Below are positions 12,053 through 20,769 of a stretch of 64,000 bases of DNA, piece after piece. The stretch is from Porticoccaceae bacterium UBA4026 (lineage in GTDB: Bacteria; Pseudomonadota; Gammaproteobacteria; Pseudomonadales; Porticoccaceae): positions 74,253 through 138,252 of the forward strand of contig DGAQ01000052.1 of the NCBI GenBank assembly GCA_002382445.1. Direction: 5' to 3'. The translations under genes were made by a program, and so were the position numbers. The number at the start of each line of letters is the position of its first letter. Positions within the stretch are counted from its first letter, which is position 1. The notes under the pieces were generated by a model that had not been told where the DNA came from, did not search any database, and saw only the letters and a program-made list of their open reading frames with translations.

Positions 12053-12087
12053 GTCACCTAGTTTTACAGATAGGCGCTAAGGGGGCA

Positions 12088-12120
12088 TAAAAAAACCCCA
12101 AACATTGCTGTTTGAGGTTT
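12088..12120 (-). terminator. rho-independent terminator of the cold-shock gene
   Basis: On the minus strand, CCUCAAACA-GCAA-UGUUUGGGG stem (one G-U) followed by UUUUUUU, about 40 nt downstream of the csp stop. Confidence 0.65.
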
Positions 12121-12161
12121 CTTAAAATCTTCTTACGGCTATCTATCGACAGCGGCAGGAA

Positions 12162-12374
12162 TTAATCGGCAACTACGTTCTCAGCTTGAGCGCCTTTTTG
12201 GCCTTGAGTAACTTCCATCGTTACTGCCTGACCTTCTTTCAATGACTTAAATCCATCAGCTTGAATTGCGCTGTGGTGAACAAATACGTCACCGCCGCCT
12301 TCTTGTTCAATGAATCCAAAACCCTTACTGTCGTTAAACCACTTAACAGTGCCAGAAACTCTTTCCCCTGACAT
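12162..12374 (-). CDS. cold-shock domain protein (CspA family)
   Basis: RNP1 KGFGFI and RNP2 VFVHH motifs. Trimmed to the ATG at complement 12372-12374 ([14 protein letters not shown]), giving a 70-aa protein. Confidence 0.9.
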   Translation of the reverse strand: MSGERVSGTVKWFNDSKGFGFIEQEGGGDVFVHHSAIQADGFKSLKEGQAVTMEVTQGQKGAQAENVVAD

Positions 12375-12857
12375 AACTAACCTCACTTAAAAAATGTATA
12401 CCATTTAAGGCATTAAAAATATCCAGCCTCATGACGGGGCTAGCCAACACCACCTAATCAAATACTAAACTATGACTCGGAAGCGACTCGAGATCGTACA
12501 ACCAAAAAATGGCAGTCAACACAAGAGCGAGCCAGTGTATTAGTTTTTTATCCATTTGGCTAATTTTGTTTAAATTTAGGTCCAAAAAACACCCTTTTAG
12601 CGGTATTTTGTCGTAAAACAGGGATATTAAGGCGCTCAAACACAAGAAATATTTGTTTTTGCGACTTTAAATCCTCTATGAGGTGCCGCTAATAGGTGTC
12701 ATTGATGCGGTTAAAATACAGATAAAAGGAATTCCTCACGGAAGTTGAGCCATCAAAACCCTAACCTTATGTTATCCTTAATAAGGTTTAGTCCCTTGCT
12801 ATATTTAGGATTTTGCAATGCGTTCAGACAAAAAATAATGGAGGTGACTCATTGACG

Positions 12858-13184
12858 ATGGCGGACCAATCTAAAAACAAGAACCTAACGCTTTTAGTCT
12901 ATTTATTACAAGCCCTGGGCTTTGTGACCGGCGGACTAACCGCTATTGCGGCATTGGTTATCAACTACATTAAAATGGATGAAGTTAGCGGCAGTTGGTT
13001 AGAGGGGCACTTTCGCTGGCAGGTGAACACTTTTTGGTATGGTTTGTTGTGGACTGTTTTAGCGTGGCTATCTTGGCTAGTATTACTTGGTTGGCTCAGT
13101 GTGGCACTGGTCACTATTTGGCTGATATACCGTATTGTTAAGGGCGCAATCTACCTAAATGATGATAAACCAATAATCTTTTAA
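12858..13184 (+). CDS. small integral membrane protein (COG3671-like, uncharacterised)
   Basis: Trimmed to the ATG at 12858, which is preceded by GGAGGTGA. It has two to three hydrophobic segments, and the central WLEGHFRWQVNTFWYGLLW and C-terminal KGAIYLNDDKPI resemble the conserved uncharacterised membrane family. Confidence 0.6.
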   Translation: MADQSKNKNLTLLVYLLQALGFVTGGLTAIAALVINYIKMDEVSGSWLEGHFRWQVNTFWYGLLWTVLAWLSWLVLLGWLSVALVTIWLIYRIVKGAIYLNDDKPIIF

Positions 13185-13251
13185 GTGAGCGCTCAAACTT
13201 AGATAAAGCTTTAAGGGTTTTGGTCTGAGACCGGGAAACTAGGAATTTTTT

Positions 13252-13926
13252 ATGCAAAATTACCAGCATGTTGTTGGCGGACAGGCAAGCCATTTGCCGT
13301 TAGGCAAGGTAGTTTGCGTGGGTAGAAACTATGCGGCTCATGCCAAAGAGCTCAATAATCCGGTCCCTACCGAGCCTGTATTATTTATCAAACCAAGCAC
13401 GTCTTTGGTGAAACTTGAAGAGCCCTTAGCTATTCCCACTCATCTTGGTGAATGCCACTTCGAAGCGGAAATGAGCATTCTTATTGGCCAGACACTCTGC
13501 AATTGCACTCAAGAGCAAGCCTCTGAGGCGATCGCCGGAATTGGTGTTGCGCTAGATCTAACTCTTCGAGAGCTACAGCAGGAGCTTAAAGAGAATGGCT
13601 TGCCGTGGGAAAAGGCCAAATCTTTTGATGGCGCCTGTCCGGTTTCGGACTTTATACCCTTCAGTCAGAGCACCAATTTACAAGATCAGCAGATTGTTTT
13701 GCGGCAGAATCAGCAGGTAAAGCAAAATGGCAATACAGAAGATATGATTACGCCTGTCTTAGCCTTACTGTCTTACATTAGCCAGTTTTTTACATTATTG
13801 CCGGGTGATATAGTGTTGACTGGAACTCCTGCCGGGGTTGGGTCGCTGGAGCTCGGAGATCAGTTAAGTATAAGTCTATCGGATAGTATCCACTGTATCA
13901 CTGAGGTCGGCTTCTCGGCTGGATGA
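13252..13926 (+). CDS. fumarylacetoacetate hydrolase (FAH) family protein, YcgM/FAHD1-like
   Basis: 224 aa. VCVGRNYAAHAKE, FEAEM and LPGDIVLTGTPAGVG are typical of the FAH C-terminal fold. Confidence 0.85.
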   Translation: MQNYQHVVGGQASHLPLGKVVCVGRNYAAHAKELNNPVPTEPVLFIKPSTSLVKLEEPLAIPTHLGECHFEAEMSILIGQTLCNCTQEQASEAIAGIGVALDLTLRELQQELKENGLPWEKAKSFDGACPVSDFIPFSQSTNLQDQQIVLRQNQQVKQNGNTEDMITPVLALLSYISQFFTLLPGDIVLTGTPAGVGSLELGDQLSISLSDSIHCITEVGFSAG

Positions 13927-13930
13927 TTTT

Positions 13931-14149
13931 ATGAGTATTGCAAAAGGCATTTACAAACACTACAAAGGGAATCTCTACCAGGTTATAGAGGTAGCCACCC
14001 ACAGTGAGACTCGAGAGGAGCTTGTCGTTTATAGAACGCTTTACGGCGATTACAGCATGTGGGTAAGACCCTTGAGTATGTTTCAAGACTTGGTGTCGTT
14101 TGAGGACGAGCAGGTGCCGCGCTTTAGATTTGTTGAGCCCAGTGACTGA
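13931..14149 (+). CDS. DUF1653 domain protein
   Basis: 72 aa. YKHYKGNLYQVIEVATHSETREELVVYRTLYGDYSMWVRPLSMF matches my recollection of the DUF1653 pattern. Its stop overlaps the arfB start (TGATG). Confidence 0.7.
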   Translation: MSIAKGIYKHYKGNLYQVIEVATHSETREELVVYRTLYGDYSMWVRPLSMFQDLVSFEDEQVPRFRFVEPSD

Positions 14150-14565
14150 TGTTGATTATTTCTGGTAATGTTTCAATTTCTGAGTCAGAACTGGATTTTT
14201 CAGCAATCCGCGCTCAGGGCCCGGGGGGGCAAAACGTCAATAAGGTGTCTTCGGCTATTCATTTACGTTTTGACATTAATCAATCGTCACTCCCTGAGTT
14301 TTACAAACAAAGACTATTGCACTTAAGTGATCATAGAATTTCAAAAGATGGCATTGTCATTATTAAGGCTCAACAATACCGGAGTCAGGACAAAAATCGT
14401 ATTGAGGCTATCCAGCGGCTACAACAATTGATTCAAACTGCTGGGGTTACTGCTAAGGCAAGAAGGCCGACCAAGCCGACTCGAGGTTCGCAAGTCAGTC
14501 GAATGGATAAAAAAACTCAGCATGGTAAAAAGAAGATCATGCGCGTTAAACCTAACTTGGATTAG
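14149..14565 (+). CDS. arfB: alternative ribosome-rescue factor ArfB (peptidyl-tRNA hydrolase, YaeJ)
   Basis: 138 aa. GGQ motif in GPGGQNVNKV and a basic C-terminal tail (KARRPTKPTRGSQVSRMDKKTQHGKKK). Confidence 0.9.
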   Translation: MLIISGNVSISESELDFSAIRAQGPGGQNVNKVSSAIHLRFDINQSSLPEFYKQRLLHLSDHRISKDGIVIIKAQQYRSQDKNRIEAIQRLQQLIQTAGVTAKARRPTKPTRGSQVSRMDKKTQHGKKKIMRVKPNLD

Positions 14566-14570
14566 ATTCT

Positions 14571-15563
14571 ATGAGCGAACTAAATAGCCATCCCTTTGAT
14601 GCGCTAACACCCGATGTACTAATCGATGCTGTTGAGAGCCAAGGCTTTATCTGTGATGGACGGTTTTTGGCGTTAAATAGCTATGAAAATCGTGTCTATC
14701 AGATCGGTATCGAAGAAAAAACGCCTATGATTGCGAAGTTTTATCGTCCCGAGCGCTGGACTGATGAGCAGATTGGAGAAGAGCATCAATATTGCTTTGA
14801 ACTTAAAGAGCAGGAGTTGCCAGTAGTCTGTCCGTGGATCAACAGTGAGAAAAATAGTATTAGTCACTATGCCGGGTTTCGATTCGCACTTTATGAGCGC
14901 AAAGGAGGTCATGCGCCAGAGTTAGATAACCTAGACAATCTATTTATTTTAGGTAGATTGTTGGGCCGTTTCCATGGGGTGGGTGCTACTAAGAAATTTA
15001 CGCACAGACCAACTTTAAATGCCAAAAATTTTGGTTGGGACTCTTACCGGCTTATTAGCAAAGATTTCATGCCAAAAGAGTTAAGTCCTGCTTATGATTC
15101 ATTAGCGCTGGATGTGCTTAAGGCTATTGAGCGTATTCTCGCTGACTATGGTGAGGTTAATAATATCCGTGTCCATGGTGATTGCCATTCAGGCAATATA
15201 TTGTGGCGCGATGACTACCCGCATTTTGTCGATTTTGACGACGCGCGAATGGCGCCAGCTATCCAAGATTTATGGATGCTATTATCGGGCGACCGACATG
15301 AACAGACAGCGCAAATGACTGAAATTATTGAAGGTTACAATGAGTTTTATGACTTTGATTATCGGGAGTTGCGATTAATCGAAGTGTTTCGGACGTTAAG
15401 AATCATGCATCACAGTGCCTGGATCGCAAGGCGCTGGTCAGACCCTGCATTTCCTCGGGCGTTTTCTTGGTTTGATTCCCCTCGCTATTGGAGCGACCAT
15501 ATTTTGGCGCTTCGGGAGCAGCTGGCGCTGCTCAATGAACCACCACTTGAAGTTCGACCATAG
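14571..15563 (+). CDS. srkA: stress-response serine/threonine kinase SrkA (YihE/RdoA)
   Basis: 330 aa. LNSYENRVYQ and KFYRPERWT match the E. coli YihE N-terminus. Catalytic loop HGDCHSGNILW and VDFDD are present. Confidence 0.85.
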   Translation: MSELNSHPFDALTPDVLIDAVESQGFICDGRFLALNSYENRVYQIGIEEKTPMIAKFYRPERWTDEQIGEEHQYCFELKEQELPVVCPWINSEKNSISHYAGFRFALYERKGGHAPELDNLDNLFILGRLLGRFHGVGATKKFTHRPTLNAKNFGWDSYRLISKDFMPKELSPAYDSLALDVLKAIERILADYGEVNNIRVHGDCHSGNILWRDDYPHFVDFDDARMAPAIQDLWMLLSGDRHEQTAQMTEIIEGYNEFYDFDYRELRLIEVFRTLRIMHHSAWIARRWSDPAFPRAFSWFDSPRYWSDHILALREQLALLNEPPLEVRP

Positions 15564-15566
15564 TTG

Positions 15567-16499
15567 CTACCAGCTATAGTTCACGCCTAGATTTAATTTT
15601 CGGTCGCTTTTCTCAACCCCTCCAACGGGCCGGTTGTCGTAAGTCCATTCTATAGAGATTTTAGTAAATAGATTATTGGTCAAAGGAAAGTCAAATCCTA
15701 CATCAGCTGAGAGCTGCGAGTTGTCCGCGTCCTCAATGGACACTAATAGTTGATGAGAGTGAGAAAGCCCCATTTTTTTGAATAATAGTTTACGGTACAC
15801 GCTAGACCAACTTAAAGTCAGCCTATCGTCTTTTGTTCCATCAATAAATGTTTCACTAATCCATACTAGACCTGTTTCAGCCAAAAGAGCGCTCTCATCA
15901 TTATCCCAAAATTGATTGCCGAGGTTGCTTCCTAAGGTGTAGACATTGTCTATTGCTCGATTGTCATTGGCGCCAAAAGATCCTTGGTTACTCCAGAACC
16001 AGCTATCTTTGAAGAACCAGTCGACTGAGTGACTTAGATGATATTTGATATTAGCTTGGTTATTGTCCGCGCTTTTGCTTTCATAACCGAGGGCTGAGCG
16101 GTGACGGAGGTCGCCGTTGATCCAGCTCATTTCTGTTTCTAAGCCCCACTCATTGCGCTCATCATTGCCGCTGGACATGTTGCCGAAAGCAGCCGTGCTA
16201 CCAGAAAAGGACTCGCCGAAAAAACTCATTATAATCGCCGAGGGCTCTTCTTCAGGGCGAGATTGGGTCACGTCCATTGAGTTATTTGTTAAGAGCGCGC
16301 CATTGACAGAGCGCACCTGATCCAAGGCAATACTTAAATTGCCAAAGTTATCTGCATTCCAAATAATATGAGAGTCTGTTTTTTCCGTTATTGAGCCCTG
16401 CAGAATATCGCCATTCAGTAAAATGATTTCGTCTGCTGAGGAGACTGCTGGGAAGGTAATAATAAGAAAAGAGAATAAGTAGAATTTATTATGGGACAT
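15567..16499 (-). CDS. DUF481 (YdiY-like) outer-membrane beta-barrel protein
   Basis: Signal peptide (FLIITFPAVSSA), an N-terminal IILLNGDILQG-type repeat, alternating beta-strand pattern and a terminal aromatic residue (NYSW). Confidence 0.7.
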   Translation of the reverse strand: MSHNKFYLFSFLIITFPAVSSADEIILLNGDILQGSITEKTDSHIIWNADNFGNLSIALDQVRSVNGALLTNNSMDVTQSRPEEEPSAIIMSFFGESFSGSTAAFGNMSSGNDERNEWGLETEMSWINGDLRHRSALGYESKSADNNQANIKYHLSHSVDWFFKDSWFWSNQGSFGANDNRAIDNVYTLGSNLGNQFWDNDESALLAETGLVWISETFIDGTKDDRLTLSWSSVYRKLLFKKMGLSHSHQLLVSIEDADNSQLSADVGFDFPLTNNLFTKISIEWTYDNRPVGGVEKSDRKLNLGVNYSW

Positions 16500-16710
16500 G
16501 ACTGTTTAATTCCTTATAAAACTGTAGTAAAACTCCTGTCTTACTATAATTAAATAGGAGGAAGTGTAACAATATTATTAAAGTTAACTTCAGTATAACA
16601 GAAACTATTGTGCCTCTTGAGGCGGTGAACAATAAACTATAAGCTAAACTAAAAATACAATAATCTTAAATCGATGAGCGTTATTTACCGGACAAATTTA
16701 AGGGCTAACC

Positions 16711-17100
16711 ATGAGTGATTTACCAGTAGAATTAAAATACGCGCGCAGCCATGAATGGGCACGGTTAGACAGTGAGGGTACTGTGTTAATAGGCATTACC
16801 GATCACGCGCAGGAGGCTCTGGGCGATGTAGTTTACGTTGAACTCCCTGAGATTGGGACTGAGATTGATGCCGGTGCTGAGATTGCCGTTGTCGAATCGG
16901 TTAAAGCGGCCTCTGATATTTACTCACCGGTTAGTGGGGAAGTCGTTGAGGTTAATCAGGTATTAGAAGATGAACCAGAGGCAGTTAATCGTTCTCCCTA
17001 TGCAGACGGTTGGTTGTTTCGGATAAAGTTATCTAATCCTGACGAGCTTAACGATATGATGGATGTTGACAGCTATCTCATGGCCATAGAAGGTGAGTAG
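16711..17100 (+). CDS. gcvH: glycine cleavage system H protein
   Basis: 129 aa. YARSHEWAR, lipoyl-lysine motif VESVKAASD and DGWLFRIK. Confidence 0.92.
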   Translation: MSDLPVELKYARSHEWARLDSEGTVLIGITDHAQEALGDVVYVELPEIGTEIDAGAEIAVVESVKAASDIYSPVSGEVVEVNQVLEDEPEAVNRSPYADGWLFRIKLSNPDELNDMMDVDSYLMAIEGE

Positions 17101-17174
17101 GGATTTGGTTTTAGTATTAATAAATGCAGTTATCGCTCAAGATGGCGTTGGAAGTTTTTCCAGTGCCTATTAAT

Positions 17175-17831
17175 TTAGTCTCGAAGTGAGATTATTTTCC
17201 AGTGCCGGCGCAATGCTTCTTCACGCAGTCTATCGTCCGGATCTACGGCAATAGGACAGTCTACTTCCAATAGTAATGGTAGGTCGTTAATGGAGTCGCT
17301 ATAAAAATAGCTTCCATCCAAGACCTCATTGTTTTCTTTTAGCCAGTCATTTAATCGTTCGACCTTACCTCCTTGATAGGTCGGAGTACCGACAATTTTT
17401 CCGGTAAAAAAACCATCTATTATTTCCAGATTTGTCGCTAAAAGTTCGTCTATACCGAGTGATTTAACGATAGGCTCGACAATAAAATGATTGGTAGCTG
17501 TGATAACCAGTAGGCGATCTTCAGCTAGACGATGTTGCTCTATTAAAAGCTCGGCTTTGGGTAGCTTTAACGGCTCCACCATCTCTGCCATAAACTGGCG
17601 ATGCAGTTTGTCGAGCTTGTTTTGAGATAGACCGACGAGAGCTCTGAGTGAAAACTCAAGATACTTAAATATGTCTAAGCAGCCATTTTCATAATCAGCG
17701 TAGAATTTGTCGTTCATGGTTTTGTAATGACCTTGATCAACCAGATTATGAACGACTAAAAACTCACCCCAACTGTGGTCACTATCGCCAGCAATAAGGG
17801 TGTTGTCTAAATCAAAGATTGCGAGAGCCAT
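17175..17831 (-). CDS. HAD-IB family hydrolase
   Basis: Trimmed to the ATG at complement 17829-17831 (MALAIFDLDNTL, the DxDxT motif I at the N-terminus). Later motifs are ITATN and YSDSINDLPLL. Divergent from rppH, as in Pseudomonas. Confidence 0.8.
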   Translation of the reverse strand: MALAIFDLDNTLIAGDSDHSWGEFLVVHNLVDQGHYKTMNDKFYADYENGCLDIFKYLEFSLRALVGLSQNKLDKLHRQFMAEMVEPLKLPKAELLIEQHRLAEDRLLVITATNHFIVEPIVKSLGIDELLATNLEIIDGFFTGKIVGTPTYQGGKVERLNDWLKENNEVLDGSYFYSDSINDLPLLLEVDCPIAVDPDDRLREEALRRHWKIISLRD

Positions 17832-17965
17832 CAAATAAACCAGAATTATTAGAAGAGCTGGCAGGATAGCGATCAACCAACGCTGGCTCAAGAGAAAATT
17901 GCCGATGCCACAATATTGTGGAACAATGGTCACGCTAATCATTCCTCATCACAGGTACAAAAATA

Positions 17966-18460
17966 GTGGTTGATAAAGACGGTTTTCGATCTAATATTGG
18001 TATTGTTATCAGTGATGGCAAAGGCAAGGTATTTCTCGCAAAAAGAGTAGGCCAGCAATCATGGCAGTTCCCTCAGGGAGGCATCGATAAGGGTGAGTCT
18101 GTAGAGCAAGCCTTGTATCGTGAGTTATATGAGGAAGTAGGTTTAGAGTCCTCAGATGTTAAGATCATTCAGCGTACCAAACGTTGGTTACAGTACCGCA
18201 TCCCCAAAGCTATGCAGCGCAAGCATTCAAAACCACTTTGTATTGGTCAGAAGCAGAAGTGGTTCTTCTTGCAGATGACAGCAGATCCTGCAAAAGTTCG
18301 CTTTGATACATCTGGGACACCTGAGTTTGACGGTTGGGAATGGGTCAACTATTGGTATCCGATTAACGCTGTGATTTCGTTCAAGCGCAACGTTTATCGC
18401 AACGCGTTACAGGAATTTTCTCAGCCAAATATGCGCTTCCAGCAATTAGGGGACGCCTAG
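17966..18460 (+). CDS. rppH: RNA pyrophosphohydrolase RppH (NudH)
   Basis: GTG start. Nudix box GGIDKGESVEQALYRELYEEVGL. It lies immediately upstream of ptsP, as in E. coli and Pseudomonas. Confidence 0.92.
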   Translation: MVDKDGFRSNIGIVISDGKGKVFLAKRVGQQSWQFPQGGIDKGESVEQALYRELYEEVGLESSDVKIIQRTKRWLQYRIPKAMQRKHSKPLCIGQKQKWFFLQMTADPAKVRFDTSGTPEFDGWEWVNYWYPINAVISFKRNVYRNALQEFSQPNMRFQQLGDA

Positions 18461-18462
18461 TC

Positions 18463-20769
18463 ATGCTGGCATCTTTGCGCGCCATTGTTCAGGAGGTTAA
18501 TAGTGCTCGCAGCCTTCCTGAAGTACTCACGATTATTGTTACCGAAGTGCGTGCAGCGATGCAGGCAGGAGTCTGCTCAGTCTATTTATTCGACGTGACT
18601 GATCAACGTTATGTGCTTATGGCCACAGAGGGCCTTCGTCAAGAGTCGATCGGGAAAGTCCGCATGGGAATGAGGGAGGGCCTTGTTGGGCTGGTCGCAT
18701 CAAAGCAAGAGCCTTTAAATCTTGAGGATGCTGATAAACACCCTAACTTTGCCTATTTTGAAGAGACGGGTGAATCACCGTTTCATTCATTTTTAGGCGT
18801 CCCCATCATTCATCATCGCAAGGTGCTGGGGGTGTTGGTATTGCAGCAAGAAACGCAGCGTCGGTTTGCCTCTGAAGAAGAGGCCTTTGTAGTGACGGTT
18901 TGCGCGCAGCTTTCTGGCGCTATTGCGCACGCCGAGGCTACGGGCGCCTTGCGCCAACTAGCCTCGGCAGGCAGAGGAAAAAGCCGTGAAGCCATATTCC
19001 AAGGCATAGCGAGTGCGCCTGGCGTGGGGATTGGTTGTGCAGTGCTGGGTTCCTCCAGCACTGACCTCTCAAAAGTGCCAGAGCGATTTTCTCAGGATCC
19101 CGACCAAGAAATTAAAATATTTCTTGAGGCTTTAAAGGCAACTAAGAGGGATATGCGTAATTTGAGCGATGGTTTGGCGAGTAAATTGAGTGAGGAGGAG
19201 TTTGCGCTTTTTGATGTTTATATTCGCATGCTTGATGATCGTTCATTAGTGAGCGAGGTTAAGGACGCCATTAAAGAGGGTAGAGCTGCAACCAGTGCGT
19301 GGAGCTCTGTCATTCTCAAACATGTGCGTACGTTCAAAAAAATGGATGACCCCTATCTGCGAGAGCGTGCGGCCGACGTGAACGATCTTGGCAGACGAGT
19401 ACTTGGTTATCTGCAAGCAAAGGACACCGAAAAATCATCTCTTCCGCGACGTATTGTGTTGGTGGGAGAGGACCTCTCCGCCACGGCGCTTGCTGACATA
19501 CCGGTAAGTCAGCTAGTGGGTATTATTTCACTAAAAGGGTCAAGCAATTCACATATGGCGATCGTTGGGCGAGCCCTTGGTATTCCTACGGTAATGGGAG
19601 CAATTAACTTACCTTGGATGGAGCTCGAGGGGCAAGAATTAATTGTTGATGGCTCGACCGGAGAAGTTATCAGTCGAGCGACACGCGCCGTGCGGAGAGA
19701 TTACGTGCAGCGGCAGAGAGAAGAGCGGCAGTTTAATAAGGAACTTGAAAAGCTTAGAGATATCCCTTGTCACACGCCGGATGGCGTGCGTTTTTCACTG
19801 TGGGTAAATACTGGATTGCGACAAGATACCCTGCAGTCTTTGAAAAGTGGTGCTGAAGCGGTGGGTCTATTTCGCACCGAAATTCCATTTTTAATGCGCT
19901 CGAGTTTCCCCACCGAGGATGAGCAGATAGAAATCTATCGAGAGCAACTTGCCGCTTTTTCTCCACGGCCAGTCACTATGCGTACTCTAGATATCGGCGG
20001 CGACAAAGATTTGCCGTATTTCCCCATTGAGGAAGAAAATCCTTTTTTAGGGTGGAGGGGCATTCGTATCTCGCTTGACCATCCAGAGATTTTTTTGGTG
20101 CAAATTCGAGCCATGTTGCGCGCCAGTATTGGTATTAATAACCTGCGTATTATGTTGCCAATGATTAGTAATATTCCAGAACTAGAGCGAGCACTCCAGT
20201 TGATTGACCGGGCCTATCGAGAGTTAACCGACGAGGAAGGCTACAGTATTAAGCGCCCTTTAATGGGAGCCATGATAGAGGTGCCGGCCGCAGTTTATCA
20301 AGTAAAGGAAATTGGTCGTCGGGTCGACTTCTTGTCGGTGGGGACTAATGATCTTACGCAGTATTTACTAGCTGTAGATCGTAATAATCCTAGAGTAGCA
20401 GACCTTTATCATACCTTACACCCAAGTGTGTTGAGGGCGTTAAAATCGATTTTCGAACAGGCATCTTCAGTGAAGTGCCAGCTCAGTATTTGTGGGGAGA
20501 TGGCTGGAGACCCCTTAAGTGCTGTAGTTCTTTTAGGGCTGGGTTATGAGACATTTTCAATGAGTGCTAGCAGTCTATTGCGCGTTAAATCGATGCTGTT
20601 GAATGTAACTCGTAAAGACGCACAAATTTTAGCGCGTAGGGCATTAAAAATGCCCGATTCTCAAACGATCTATGACTTCATGGCTGAATCATTAAATCAA
20701 CCGGAAGTGGCTCAGCTCCTTAGATCGACGTCTAAGCGGTGTACGGAAGCGTCGCGGTTAATCGACTAA
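18463..20769 (+). CDS. ptsP: phosphoenolpyruvate-protein phosphotransferase PtsP (EI-Ntr, GAF domain)
   Basis: 768 aa. N-terminal GAF-like domain, phospho-His region KGSSNSHMAIVGRALGIPTV, and PEP-utilising C-domain SVGTNDLTQY. Confidence 0.92.
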   Translation: MLASLRAIVQEVNSARSLPEVLTIIVTEVRAAMQAGVCSVYLFDVTDQRYVLMATEGLRQESIGKVRMGMREGLVGLVASKQEPLNLEDADKHPNFAYFEETGESPFHSFLGVPIIHHRKVLGVLVLQQETQRRFASEEEAFVVTVCAQLSGAIAHAEATGALRQLASAGRGKSREAIFQGIASAPGVGIGCAVLGSSSTDLSKVPERFSQDPDQEIKIFLEALKATKRDMRNLSDGLASKLSEEEFALFDVYIRMLDDRSLVSEVKDAIKEGRAATSAWSSVILKHVRTFKKMDDPYLRERAADVNDLGRRVLGYLQAKDTEKSSLPRRIVLVGEDLSATALADIPVSQLVGIISLKGSSNSHMAIVGRALGIPTVMGAINLPWMELEGQELIVDGSTGEVISRATRAVRRDYVQRQREERQFNKELEKLRDIPCHTPDGVRFSLWVNTGLRQDTLQSLKSGAEAVGLFRTEIPFLMRSSFPTEDEQIEIYREQLAAFSPRPVTMRTLDIGGDKDLPYFPIEEENPFLGWRGIRISLDHPEIFLVQIRAMLRASIGINNLRIMLPMISNIPELERALQLIDRAYRELTDEEGYSIKRPLMGAMIEVPAAVYQVKEIGRRVDFLSVGTNDLTQYLLAVDRNNPRVADLYHTLHPSVLRALKSIFEQASSVKCQLSICGEMAGDPLSAVVLLGLGYETFSMSASSLLRVKSMLLNVTRKDAQILARRALKMPDSQTIYDFMAESLNQPEVAQLLRSTSKRCTEASRLID

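Noticed and set aside
12454-12645. 63-aa track ORF upstream of the cold-shock gene on the same strand.
   Set aside because: It has no SD, and it overlaps the predicted csp promoter and leader. The sequence is hydrophobic but has no recognisable family. It is better explained as a csp 5' UTR artefact.
16500-16710. Glycine riboswitch upstream of gcvH.
   Set aside because: The region is AT-rich and lacks the conserved GGAGAG...CACCG-type cores of the glycine riboswitch. A covariance-model scan would be the definitive test.
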